This document shows positions 55,902 through 64,000 of a DNA stretch of 64,000 nt, in pieces. The position numbers and the translations under genes are program-made. The notes beneath the pieces were generated by a model. It had not been told where the DNA came from. It made no database searches and worked only from the letters and a program-made list of their open reading frames with translations. Source of the stretch: Mogibacterium sp. (lineage in GTDB: Bacteria; Bacillota; Clostridia; Peptostreptococcales; Anaerovoracaceae). The stretch lies in assembly GCA_017432075.1 (NCBI GenBank), contig JAFRJV010000134.1, positions 13,173 through 77,172 on the forward strand, written 5' to 3'. Every line of letters begins with the position of its first letter. The stretch's first letter is position 1.

Positions 55902-56792
55902 ATGGGATATCAGGCAGTTTTTAAGAGATACGAAATCAAATATCTGGTCACGGATGAGCAGAAGGCCCGCATCCTGAAAGCGATGGAGCCTTATATGGAA
56001 ATGGACAGGTTCGGCAGGTCGACTGTCAGGAATATCTATTTCGATACGGACGACTTCGTACTCGCCAGACATTCCATCGCCAAGCCTGACTTCAAGGAAA
56101 AGCTCCGCATAAGGAGCTATTCGAAAGCAGATGCAGGCAGCACGGTCTTCGTGGAGCTGAAGCGCAAATACGACGGAGTCGTGTATAAAAGAAGGATCGG
56201 CCTTCCGGAAACGGACGCCATGAAATGGATGGCGGGTTCAAGGGATCCGGTACTCATGCGCGAGGCAGAAGCGGAGTCTTCGCAGGTAAAAAGAGAGATC
56301 GAGTACTTCATGAACCTTTACCGCGGAGTTAAGCCTGTACTCTATCTGAGCTATGACCGGGAGGCATACCGGATGAAGAAGGATGCTTCCGCACTCGACG
56401 GCGGCTCCGGTTTCAGGATCACGTTCGACTGCAATATATTATGCAGGGAAGGCGACCTGTCACTGAGATCAGATCCATATGGGACAGCAATTCTTGAAAA
56501 AGGTATGTTCCTGATGGAACTCAAGTGTCCCGGAGCAATACCGATGTGGATGACTAAGATCCTGTCGGAAGAGCACCTTTACAAAACATCGTTTTCAAAG
56601 TACGGCACGGCCTACTGCAGCTTCATGGACAAAGCGCCGCATGAGCGCGCGCACGAGATAGCAGCGGCCGGCTACGAAAACTACGCGGCGGCAAGAGAAG
56701 CCTGCCGCACAAACAGCAGTGCGCGCAGAACCGGCCGTGCCGGACGCCGCCTGCAGGAAAGGCCCACCTCTTTTGGCAGGGCATCCGCTTAA
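55902..56792 (+). CDS. VTC-domain (polyphosphate polymerase-like, CYTH/TTM fold) protein
   Basis: FKRYEIKYLV...RNIYFDT...EKLRIRSY...VELKRKY, typical of bacterial VTC-domain proteins. The Ala/Arg-rich C-terminal ~55 aa look atypical. Confidence 0.75.
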   Translation: MGYQAVFKRYEIKYLVTDEQKARILKAMEPYMEMDRFGRSTVRNIYFDTDDFVLARHSIAKPDFKEKLRIRSYSKADAGSTVFVELKRKYDGVVYKRRIGLPETDAMKWMAGSRDPVLMREAEAESSQVKREIEYFMNLYRGVKPVLYLSYDREAYRMKKDASALDGGSGFRITFDCNILCREGDLSLRSDPYGTAILEKGMFLMELKCPGAIPMWMTKILSEEHLYKTSFSKYGTAYCSFMDKAPHERAHEIAAAGYENYAAAREACRTNSSARRTGRAGRRLQERPTSFGRASA

Positions 56793-56864
56793 TCAGCTGC
56801 AACATATTTTTTCTTCATATAAACTTCATAACCTTCATAACAACCTATAACTACAAAATCCAAG

Positions 56865-56901
56865 GAGAACGGCCGCGCCATCCGCGCGGCCGTTCTCTTT
56901 T
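56865..56901 (+). terminator. Rho-independent terminator after the VTC gene
   Basis: 13-bp GC-rich stem GAGAACGGCCGCG / CGCGGCCGTTCTC followed by TTTT. Confidence 0.8.
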
Positions 56902-56927
56902 CATTAATAAAAAAAATCAGGCCGGCG

Positions 56928-56960
56928 CTTTAGTTTCATTTAAGTTTGGGCCGTTATTAT
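56928..56960 (+). promoter_or_regulatory. Direct-repeat (OmpR-type) box plus -10, module 2, upstream of the DUF4956 gene
   Basis: CTTTAGTTTcaTTTAAGTTT, then 7 nt, then TATTAT. It matches module 1 at 28 of 33 positions with identical geometry. Confidence 0.55.
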
Positions 56961-57027
56961 GCGGGTGACAACAGGAGAAAAGCATATTTAGGAATACTAA
57001 GAAGAAGGTTAACAGGAGGTGACAGCA

Positions 57028-57720
57028 ATGTCTGATTTACTGACAAGCATCTATGATTCAACAACAGCAACAACTATAAGCGCAGCTCAGTTCGGAGCAT
57101 CGTTCGGAGTATCACTGCTCCTGGGCATACTCATTGCTGCGGCTTACATGTACAACACACGTTACACCAAAAGCTTTGTAGTAACGCTCGCGATGCTTCC
57201 GGCGATCGTATGTGTGATCATCGCGATGGTAAACGGAAGCATAGGCGCCGGGATCGCGGTAGCGGGAACATTCAGCCTGGTAAGGTTCCGTTCGGTCCCG
57301 GGTACCGCCAAGGAGATCTGCGCGATATTCCTGGCAATGGCGACGGGCCTCGCTACAGGCATGGGCTATCTGGGACTCGCAACGGCATTCACGGCAGTAC
57401 TTGCACTGGCGATACTGCTCTCCGGGAAATTCGATTTCGGAACCAAAAGAAATGCGAACAAATATAAGAGCTTCAGGATAGTCATTCCGGAGGATCTCGA
57501 TTACACAGGTGTCTTCGATGACCTGTTCGAGGAGTACACAAGCGCATGCGAGCTGGTAAATGTAAGGACGACAAACATGGGAAGCATGTTCAGACTGACA
57601 TACGATGTCACACTGAAGGATCCTGACAAAGAAAAGGAACTGATCGATAAACTGCGCTGCCGCAACGGCAATCTCGAGATAAATGTTTCGAGACAGGCGA
57701 CAGCAGCAACTGAATTATAA
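57028..57720 (+). CDS. DUF4956-like membrane protein (usual partner of bacterial VTC-domain proteins)
   Basis: Start at MSDLLTSIYD, with AGGAGG 8 nt upstream. It has an N-terminal TM bundle and a soluble C-terminal domain. Confidence 0.7.
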   Translation: MSDLLTSIYDSTTATTISAAQFGASFGVSLLLGILIAAAYMYNTRYTKSFVVTLAMLPAIVCVIIAMVNGSIGAGIAVAGTFSLVRFRSVPGTAKEICAIFLAMATGLATGMGYLGLATAFTAVLALAILLSGKFDFGTKRNANKYKSFRIVIPEDLDYTGVFDDLFEEYTSACELVNVRTTNMGSMFRLTYDVTLKDPDKEKELIDKLRCRNGNLEINVSRQATAATEL

Positions 57721-57772
57721 GGCGACGATCCACAGACTGCATGCAGCAGTCTTCAATCAGGAGGATAAAGAT

Positions 57773-59521
57773 ATGAACAGGAATCAGGAGTATAAAAACA
57801 AAATATATAAAGACGCCGGCGTGGAGCGCGGTGTCACCGCAAAGGCAATGACGGTGATCCTGGCGCTGATACTCGCTCTGGTGCTGACCCTCACATCGTG
57901 CGGCAGTACCGCAGAGGCGGGATCGACCGGCGGGATCACATCACAAACATCAACAGAAACATCGTACAACGCAGCAAGCAAGTCGGAGATGTTCACCGAT
58001 AGAGATCTCTCGGAGGACTACGATGAAAGCGAGGCTGAGACCATAACCCTCAGCGGAAGCAGCATACAGACTTCAGCCAAATCAGGCGTGAGCGTAGACG
58101 GAAGCACCGTCACCATCTCAGCTGAAGGAGTATACATCGTGAGCGGAACTCTCACAGACGGTCAGATCATAGTCGACGCGGACGATTCGGCAAAGGTTCA
58201 GATCGTTCTCAAAGGCGCTTCGGTCACGAGCAGCGATTCAGCAGCGATATACGTCAAGTCGGCTGACAAGGTCTTCGTGACTACGGCAGCAGGTACGGAA
58301 AACACTCTGGCGAACGGCGGCAGCTTCGTGGCAGACGGAGATACGAATGTCGACGGTGCGGTATTCGCAAAGGATGACATCACTTTCAACGGAAGCGGCA
58401 GCCTCACGATCGACTCACCGGCAGGTCACGGCGTAGTCGGCAAGGACGATGTAAAGATCGCGAGCGGAACAGTAACCATCAACGCGGCGAATCACGGCAT
58501 ACAGGCCAACGACAGCGTGAGAGTCGCAGAGGCGGCAGTGACAGTCGATGCACGGAACAAGGACGGCATCCACGTTTCGGATGATGCCGATGAAGAGGAA
58601 GGAACAGAATCTGACAGCTTCTTCTACATGTCGGACGGCAGTCTCACCATCACTGCAGGAGACGACGGCATCCATGCGGATGCAGAGGCTCTGATCGAAG
58701 GCGGTGCCATTGACGTTACCAAGTCGTATGAGGGTATCGAGGCCCTGTCGATAAAGGTGTCCGGCGGTGACATCAAGGCAGTAGCAAGTGACGACGGATT
58801 TAACGCAGCAGGCGGCAACGCTTCGAGCGGAAGCCAGACATTCGGAAGCGATGACTGGGGCGGCGGAGCCCGCGGAGGCTTCAGCGATGGAGGCACCAAC
58901 GGCAGCATCGAGATCAGCGGAGGCAACATCTATGTACAGGCAGGCGGAGACGGTATCGACTCGAACGGATCGGTGGCAATAAGCGGCGGTTACACAGTCG
59001 TTTGCGGGCCGACTCAGGGAGATACATCCGTGATCGACTTCAACGGCGAAGGCACTATCACAGGCGGTACGTTCATAGGAACGGGCGGAGCAGGAATGGC
59101 CGAGAGCTTCACGAGCGCTTCCCAGGGACTTATCGCGGTAAGCGTAGGCAATCAGTCAGCAGGCAGCACTGTGGCTCTTAAGGATGAAGCAGGCAATGTG
59201 CTTGCCGAAGTCACACCTGAACTCGACTACGCGGTAGTCTACGTGAGCACTCAGGACATGGCTCAGGGTGAGACATATACTCTGACGGCCGGAACCTACA
59301 GCGAAAGCATCACTCTCTCTGACATCATGTACAGCACACTGAACGGCGGCATGGGCGGAAGTTTCGGCGGAGGCGGTCCCCGAGGGGGAATGAACGGAGA
59401 GATGAACAATGATATGAACGGCGGCATGCACGGTGGAATGCATCACGGCGGACCCGGTATGGGTGAAGCACCTGACGGGATCACCGGAGCAACTGAGCTG
59501 AACGGCGATACAGAGGCTTAA
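57773..59521 (+). CDS. Cthe_2159-like carbohydrate-binding beta-helix protein (membrane-anchored/secreted) with a Gly/Met/His/Asn-rich tail
   Basis: Start at MNRNQEYK, with a TM/lipobox-like LTLTSCGS. ITLSGSS...GVYIVSGTLTDGQIIVDADDSAKVQIVLKGASVTSSDSAAIYVKSADKVFVT is typical of the family. Confidence 0.7.
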   Translation: MNRNQEYKNKIYKDAGVERGVTAKAMTVILALILALVLTLTSCGSTAEAGSTGGITSQTSTETSYNAASKSEMFTDRDLSEDYDESEAETITLSGSSIQTSAKSGVSVDGSTVTISAEGVYIVSGTLTDGQIIVDADDSAKVQIVLKGASVTSSDSAAIYVKSADKVFVTTAAGTENTLANGGSFVADGDTNVDGAVFAKDDITFNGSGSLTIDSPAGHGVVGKDDVKIASGTVTINAANHGIQANDSVRVAEAAVTVDARNKDGIHVSDDADEEEGTESDSFFYMSDGSLTITAGDDGIHADAEALIEGGAIDVTKSYEGIEALSIKVSGGDIKAVASDDGFNAAGGNASSGSQTFGSDDWGGGARGGFSDGGTNGSIEISGGNIYVQAGGDGIDSNGSVAISGGYTVVCGPTQGDTSVIDFNGEGTITGGTFIGTGGAGMAESFTSASQGLIAVSVGNQSAGSTVALKDEAGNVLAEVTPELDYAVVYVSTQDMAQGETYTLTAGTYSESITLSDIMYSTLNGGMGGSFGGGGPRGGMNGEMNNDMNGGMHGGMHHGGPGMGEAPDGITGATELNGDTEA

Positions 59522-59573
59522 ACAGGAAGCATCCGTAGAACGGGATGTGCTTCCTGAAAGAAGGAGGCGGACG

Positions 59574-60722
59574 ATGAGAAACAGATACATAGCACTTATA
59601 CCGGCATATGAACCGGAAGAAAAGATAAAGGGGCTCACTGCTGAGCTCATCGAAAAAGGGTTTGACATTGTAGTCGTGGATGACGGCAGCGGCCCGGATC
59701 ATGCGTCGCTGTTTGAGGAGCTTTCGCAGAAGGCGACAGTGCTGATACACAGTGAAAACCGCGGTAAAGGCGCGGCACTTAAGACCGGACTGAATTACAT
59801 CAACAAGTATATGGCATATACGGAGTCGGTACTGACTCCGGCGGGAGCCGAGACCATCTCGGGCAGGGACGCGGTCATAGTGACAGTCGACGCTGACGGG
59901 CAGCATCTTCCGGATGATGTCCTCAGAGTGGCGGAGATCTCTGCTCAGAGAAGGGATGCTCTGGTGCTCGGCAGCAGGGCTCTGAGTGAGGATATACCCG
60001 TAAGGAGCAGGTTCGGCAACACAGTCACAAGGCATGTATACAGCGCGGCGACCGGGGTCCGCATCCATGACACGCAGACAGGATTAAGGGCATTCCACCG
60101 CTGCCTCATTCCGAGACTCCTCAGGATCGAAGGCGACCGTTATGAGTACGAGATCAACATGCTCATGCAGCTCGCGTCGGAAGGGGTGCCGATAATAGAG
60201 GAGAGGATCGAGACGGTATACGAAGACAACAACAGCGGGTCACATTTCAGGACAGTGAGTGATTCGTTCAGGATCTATAAGGAGATCCTGAAGTTCTCGG
60301 CTTCATCGCTCGTGAGCTTTGCGATCGACTACGGGATGTACGCGCTGCTTCTGGCGGTGACCGGGGCGGCGGGCATTGCGAACAGTCTGGTCATATCCAA
60401 TATAGGAGCGAGGATTGTGAGCGGCACTGCAAACTATGCGATGAACAGGAAGCTGGTATTCAAAAGCAGGACGGGTTTTGCGAGATCCGCGGTACAGTAC
60501 TTCCTGCTGGCGGCTTTCATCCTGGCAGGGAACACGATAGTCCTGAGTACGCTTGCAGGCACGCTGGGGATCAACAGATTCGCAGCCAAGCTGATAACCG
60601 AAGTTATATTCTTTGCGATCAGCTGGACTGTACAGAAGTACGTGATCTTTTTCAGGGAAGACAGCGATGATACCGGGACGGAGAGGATTCAGAAGCTCGA
60701 TGCACAGGAGAGACAGATATGA
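59574..60722 (+). CDS. Family-2 glycosyltransferase fused to a GtrA-like membrane domain
   Basis: Start at MRNRYIALIPAYEPEE, with VVVDDGSG and VTVDADGQH (DxD). About 4 TM at the C-terminus, with a GtrA-like NRKLVFK. Confidence 0.8.
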   Translation: MRNRYIALIPAYEPEEKIKGLTAELIEKGFDIVVVDDGSGPDHASLFEELSQKATVLIHSENRGKGAALKTGLNYINKYMAYTESVLTPAGAETISGRDAVIVTVDADGQHLPDDVLRVAEISAQRRDALVLGSRALSEDIPVRSRFGNTVTRHVYSAATGVRIHDTQTGLRAFHRCLIPRLLRIEGDRYEYEINMLMQLASEGVPIIEERIETVYEDNNSGSHFRTVSDSFRIYKEILKFSASSLVSFAIDYGMYALLLAVTGAAGIANSLVISNIGARIVSGTANYAMNRKLVFKSRTGFARSAVQYFLLAAFILAGNTIVLSTLAGTLGINRFAAKLITEVIFFAISWTVQKYVIFFREDSDDTGTERIQKLDAQERQI

Positions 60723-61849
60723 CAGAAATGATGAAAAAACATAAAAAGCTGCTTGCGTATATGCTGGTGCTGGCTGTGTTTACGACATATGTTGTGATGG
60801 ATACTTTCGTCATAACCAGAGTATACGGAGAAGCCTCTGACAACGGCAGCGGAACCGAAGCGGCGATGCAGGCAGACAACGATAATACTGAAGGGCAGAC
60901 AAAAGAAAGTACTGCAGACGGAACGGATGGCAGCGCCGCAGAAGATGCGGAGAGCAGCAATTCCCACGGACCTGGCGGCAAACACGGCGGCGGTCCTGGC
61001 CATGGCGGTAAACACGGCAAGCCGGGCAGCAGCTCCGGAAGTTCATCCTCTGGCAGCTCATCAGACAGCTCCGGGAGCAGCGCCTCATCATCCGGTACAG
61101 ACATAAGCAGCTCAGCAACCGCTGATACCTACAGCGATGATAATATTTCCATCAGTTTGAGCGAATACACGGTAAGCGGCACGGTGGTATATGCCGCAGA
61201 GGTAAAGGCGGATGCGGAATATCTGAAGACTGCATTCGCGCAGGGATCGTACGGAAAGAATGTTACAGCGGCGACTTCGGATATCGCTGACAGCGTCAAT
61301 GCCATTCTTGCGATCAACGGTGACTACTATGGCGCCCAGGAGAAGGGCTACGTCATAAGGAACGGAAAACTTTACAGAAGCACCGCGGTCAGCGGCAAAG
61401 AGGATCTGGTCATTTATAAGGACGGATCGTTTGAGATAATCAATGAGAGTGAAGTGACAGCTGATCAGCTGATCGCAAAAGGAGCGGTCCAGACGCTGTC
61501 ATTCGGACCGGCACTGGTTGAAGGCGGAACGGTGTCCGTAGACGGGGATGATGAGGTCGGACGCGCGATGGCAAGCAACCCCCGCACGGCGATCGGCATC
61601 AAGCCGGATGGTACGTATATCTTCGTAGTGTCTGACGGCAGGACTGATGAGAGCGAAGGCTTATCGCTCCTGCAGCTCGCGGAGTTCATGAAGACGCTCG
61701 GGGCCGAGACGGCTTACAACCTTGACGGCGGCGGATCATCCACCATGGTCTTCAAGGGAAGCGTGGTCAACACTCCGACCGGAGGAGGCATAGGCAACGG
61801 AAGCGGAAGCGAAAGGAAGGTGAGCGACATTGTATACATCGGCTATTAA
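60719..61849 (+). CDS. Phosphodiester glycosidase family protein (NAGPA/DUF2233-like), membrane-anchored
   Basis: ATGA overlap with the GT2 gene. TM anchor and a G/H/K- and Ser-rich linker. AINGDYYG...RTAIGIKPDGTYIFVVSDGR...NLDGGGSSTM. Confidence 0.8.
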   Translation: MTEMMKKHKKLLAYMLVLAVFTTYVVMDTFVITRVYGEASDNGSGTEAAMQADNDNTEGQTKESTADGTDGSAAEDAESSNSHGPGGKHGGGPGHGGKHGKPGSSSGSSSSGSSSDSSGSSASSSGTDISSSATADTYSDDNISISLSEYTVSGTVVYAAEVKADAEYLKTAFAQGSYGKNVTAATSDIADSVNAILAINGDYYGAQEKGYVIRNGKLYRSTAVSGKEDLVIYKDGSFEIINESEVTADQLIAKGAVQTLSFGPALVEGGTVSVDGDDEVGRAMASNPRTAIGIKPDGTYIFVVSDGRTDESEGLSLLQLAEFMKTLGAETAYNLDGGGSSTMVFKGSVVNTPTGGGIGNGSGSERKVSDIVYIGY

Positions 61850-61856
61850 ATCAGGA

Positions 61857-62243
61857 ATGAGATACCTTGCGGCATCCATAGTGATCGCGGCAGCGGCAGC
61901 GGTATACGGGCTGTTCAGCCACGGGGTCTACTCATACTTCATGACATACGCATTCATGATACCTCTGCTTGCCGGAGCACTGCCGCATCTGATGGCAGCT
62001 CTGAGTATGGCCTGCGGAAAACGCGGGGGGAGCCTGTATGAAAAGATGACCTGTGTAAAGGATTTACAGCTGGCCATGGTAGTGACACTGACTGTGGGAA
62101 GCCTGCTGAAAGGAGCACTTGACATTTACGGGACCACCAACAGACTGCTCATAGTGTATCCGGCTGCAGCGGCATTGATCCTTGCGGCGGCAGCAGTAGT
62201 CATACGAAGCGGAAAGATATCAGCGGTCCTGAAAAACAAATAA
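61857..62243 (+). CDS. Small integral membrane protein, function unknown
   Basis: About 4 hydrophobic segments. The start is uncertain (TTG at 61830 overlapping the upstream gene, or ATG at 61857). Confidence 0.45.
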   Translation: MRYLAASIVIAAAAAVYGLFSHGVYSYFMTYAFMIPLLAGALPHLMAALSMACGKRGGSLYEKMTCVKDLQLAMVVTLTVGSLLKGALDIYGTTNRLLIVYPAAAALILAAAAVVIRSGKISAVLKNK

Positions 62244-62265
62244 AAACATAATAAAGATGCAATAA

Positions 62266-62306
62266 AAAGACTGCCTTATGTGTATACATAGTGAAGGCAG
62301 TCTTTT
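62266..62306 (+). terminator. Rho-independent terminator ending the VTC/GT2 cluster
   Basis: AAAGACTGCCTT / AAGGCAGTCTTT 12-bp stem with a palindromic loop, followed by a T-run. Confidence 0.75.
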
Positions 62307-62339
62307 AGAGTGACTGCAGAAAACAAGGAGGTAAGGACC

Positions 62340-62867
62340 ATGAAAAAAAGAATGAGTATCGCCATCGCACTGCTGACTGCTCTCGCAATGATAATGACGA
62401 TGAGCATATCTGTATTTGCCGGCAGCATAAGCAGCAATGACGCAGCTTTGAAAACGGCCCTGAAAAACGCCAAGCTGAAGAAATCTGCGGTCAAGCGCAT
62501 CGAGGTGGAGTTTGACGATGAAGACGGTGTGTACGAAGTGGAGTTCACAAAGAAATCAAACGGAAAAAAGTTCGATTATGAAATAGCCGCCGGCACCGGC
62601 AGTATCATCAAAAAGTCTGTGGATCACAAGTATAAAAGGAACTCTTCACATAAGAAAATCGGAAAAAAGGCGGCAAGGAAGAAAGTTGCCAAATCCTCAG
62701 GCATAAGCTATAAGATTATCAGTAAAGGTACATGCAGGTATGAATATGACGACGGAGAAGGCACCTACGAGATCAGGTTCAGCAAGGGCGGCCGTTCCTA
62801 TGAGTATGACGTGCTTGCTCCTAATGGAAAGATCATCGGATATGAGTGGAAGGTGACCGGCAACTAA
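62340..62867 (+). CDS. Secreted protein with two PepSY-like domains
   Basis: Start at MKKRMSIAIALL (signal). Two modules have the form ...(K/A)(A/K)..(A/V)(K/L)...G(V/T)YE(V/I)(E/R)F...G.(K/S)(F/Y)(D/E)Y(E/D). Confidence 0.65.
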   Translation: MKKRMSIAIALLTALAMIMTMSISVFAGSISSNDAALKTALKNAKLKKSAVKRIEVEFDDEDGVYEVEFTKKSNGKKFDYEIAAGTGSIIKKSVDHKYKRNSSHKKIGKKAARKKVAKSSGISYKIISKGTCRYEYDDGEGTYEIRFSKGGRSYEYDVLAPNGKIIGYEWKVTGN

Positions 62868-62885
62868 AAGGGGATTTTTCAGATA

Positions 62886-63425
62886 ATGGCGACACTGCAG
62901 CTGGATGAAAACTTAATAATCCGGATGGCATCGAACGACGGCGCCGCATTCCGCGAACTGTACCAGCAGACATCAGGTGTGGTATACGGATTTGCCATGT
63001 CGATACTCCGCAACAAACACGATGCGGAAGATGTGATGCATGACGCATTCATCAGGATACACGCGAGTGCTGTTACGTATAAGCCATCCGGAAATCCGAT
63101 GGCCTGGATACTCACCATCGTGAGGAATCTCTGCCTGAACAGGATCCGTGCGGGCAAAGTCTGCGAGGAACTGCCGGAATATGACGAGCTCGCGGGAACT
63201 TCGAACGACAGCGATACCATGCTCGACCGCATGGTGCTGGAGACGGCAATGAACGTGCTGGATGCTGAGGAGAGGCAGATCGTCATTTTACATGCGATGA
63301 CAGGATTCAAACACAGGGAGATCGCGGAGATCCTCGACCTTCCGACAGGAACGATCCTGTCCAAATATAACAGAGCGTTAAAGAAAATAAGAAAAGAGAT
63401 GGAATCGAAGGGGGTAGACAGATGA
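62886..63425 (+). CDS. ECF-type sigma-70 family RNA polymerase sigma factor
   Basis: Region 2 reads DAEDVMHDAFIRI...NPMAWILTIVRNLCLNRIR. Region 4 reads EIAEILDLPTGTILSKYNRALKKIR. Confidence 0.9.
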   Translation: MATLQLDENLIIRMASNDGAAFRELYQQTSGVVYGFAMSILRNKHDAEDVMHDAFIRIHASAVTYKPSGNPMAWILTIVRNLCLNRIRAGKVCEELPEYDELAGTSNDSDTMLDRMVLETAMNVLDAEERQIVILHAMTGFKHREIAEILDLPTGTILSKYNRALKKIRKEMESKGVDR

Positions 63426-64000
63426 TCGAAAATAATGAGATCGAAAAAAGGCTTGCCTCTGCGCTGAATGCCGCTGCCCCTGACATGCTGGATGAGCTGA
63501 TGGCGGAGCTGGATCTCACTGAGAATCCTGAACCGTCATTGAGGGAAAAGCTTGCCGGGGACGGGCAGGAAAGATATAAAAAGGCCGCTATACGAAGCAG
63601 ATCTTTCAGAGCTCTGATCAGCTGTGCAGCCGCACTGATAATCCTGGTGGGTGCAGCTGCCGTATGGAAAAACATCAATGACAGGGTTTTTGCTGTCGTT
63701 GATCTGGATGTCAATCCGAGCATCGAGCTGTCGATAAACGGAAAAGAGAAGGTCATAGGTGCCGAAGCGGTGAATGAAGACGGAGAAGTTATTCTCGCGG
63801 ACATGGATCTCAGGGGGAGCGATGTCAAAGTGGCATGTAATGCCATCGTAGGCTCGATGCTGACGAAAGGCTACCTGACAGACAAGTCGAATTCCCTGAT
63901 GGTCTCGGTAAGTGCCGGTGACCCTGAGAAAGGTCACGAGATCGAGCAGAAACTATCCGACGGCATCAGCTCATATCTGGATGACTCTGATATTACAGCT
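63422..64000 (+). CDS. Putative anti-sigma factor, single TM (partial, runs off the window end)
   Basis: ATGA overlap with the sigma gene. The frame is open to the window end. A short cytoplasmic N-terminus is followed by TM ALISCAAALIILVGAAAVW and an extracytoplasmic domain. Confidence 0.6.
   Translation, partial: MIENNEIEKRLASALNAAAPDMLDELMAELDLTENPEPSLREKLAGDGQERYKKAAIRSRSFRALISCAAALIILVGAAAVWKNINDRVFAVVDLDVNPSIELSINGKEKVIGAEAVNEDGEVILADMDLRGSDVKVACNAIVGSMLTKGYLTDKSNSLMVSVSAGDPEKGHEIEQKLSDGISSYLDDSDITA

Noticed and set aside
56630-56792. The Ala/Arg-rich C-terminal ~55 aa of the VTC-domain protein as a frameshift, read-through artefact or fused peptide
   Set aside because: This cannot be decided from one sequence. 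The frame is continuous, and the strong terminator follows only after the stop at 56792. It is noted in the feature evidence but not raised as a finding.
1-64000. CRISPR arrays, rRNA/tRNA genes, prophage, integrase, transposase or IS elements
   Set aside because: I saw no regularly spaced direct repeats, no tRNA-like cloverleaf candidates in the intergenic regions, and no ORFs with recombinase or transposase motifs. The only repeat-like element is the single palindrome at 27928-28095.

Overview
This is a 64-kb chromosomal segment from a Gram-positive anaerobe that looks Clostridia-like. The evidence is AGGAGG-type ribosome-binding sites, ATGA-coupled operons, rubredoxin/ferredoxin-type redox genes and about 50% GC by eye. 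Most of the window is core metabolism. It holds rpsF-ssb-rpsR and a nine-gene purine operon: purE, purC, a PurF-like gene, purM, purN, a PurO-like IMP cyclohydrolase, an AICARFT-only purH, purD and a large purL. It also holds rubredoxin plus an NfnAB-like pair, coaBC, pta, an acyl-CoA ligase and uvrB-uvrA. Five blocks stand out. (1) At 41.3-48.5 kb, a nitrogenase-like NifH/D/K-type reductase sits inside a Fe-chelate/B12-type ABC importer operon, with a TM1266-type regulator domain present both free-standing and fused to the ABC ATPase. This is my best candidate for an undescribed system. (2) At 4.25-7.45 kb there is a single-gene, 1066-aa TIR / transmembrane helix / beta-propeller protein. (3) Two tandem divergent HypB-like GTPases and a TrxR-like flavoprotein lacking a recognisable NADPH motif occur with no Ni-enzyme in sight. 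(4) A two-component system is followed by a VTC / DUF4956 / Cthe_2159 / GT2-GtrA / phosphodiester-glycosidase cluster, with two near-identical direct-repeat promoter modules. (5) There is a 168-nt imperfect palindrome, two unannotated small hydrophobic ORFs (one Hol-Tox-like), and a PurF-like protein lacking the N-terminal Cys nucleophile. I recognised no rRNA, tRNA, CRISPR array, transposase or integrase. All calls come from reading the sequence and ORF track; no searches were run.
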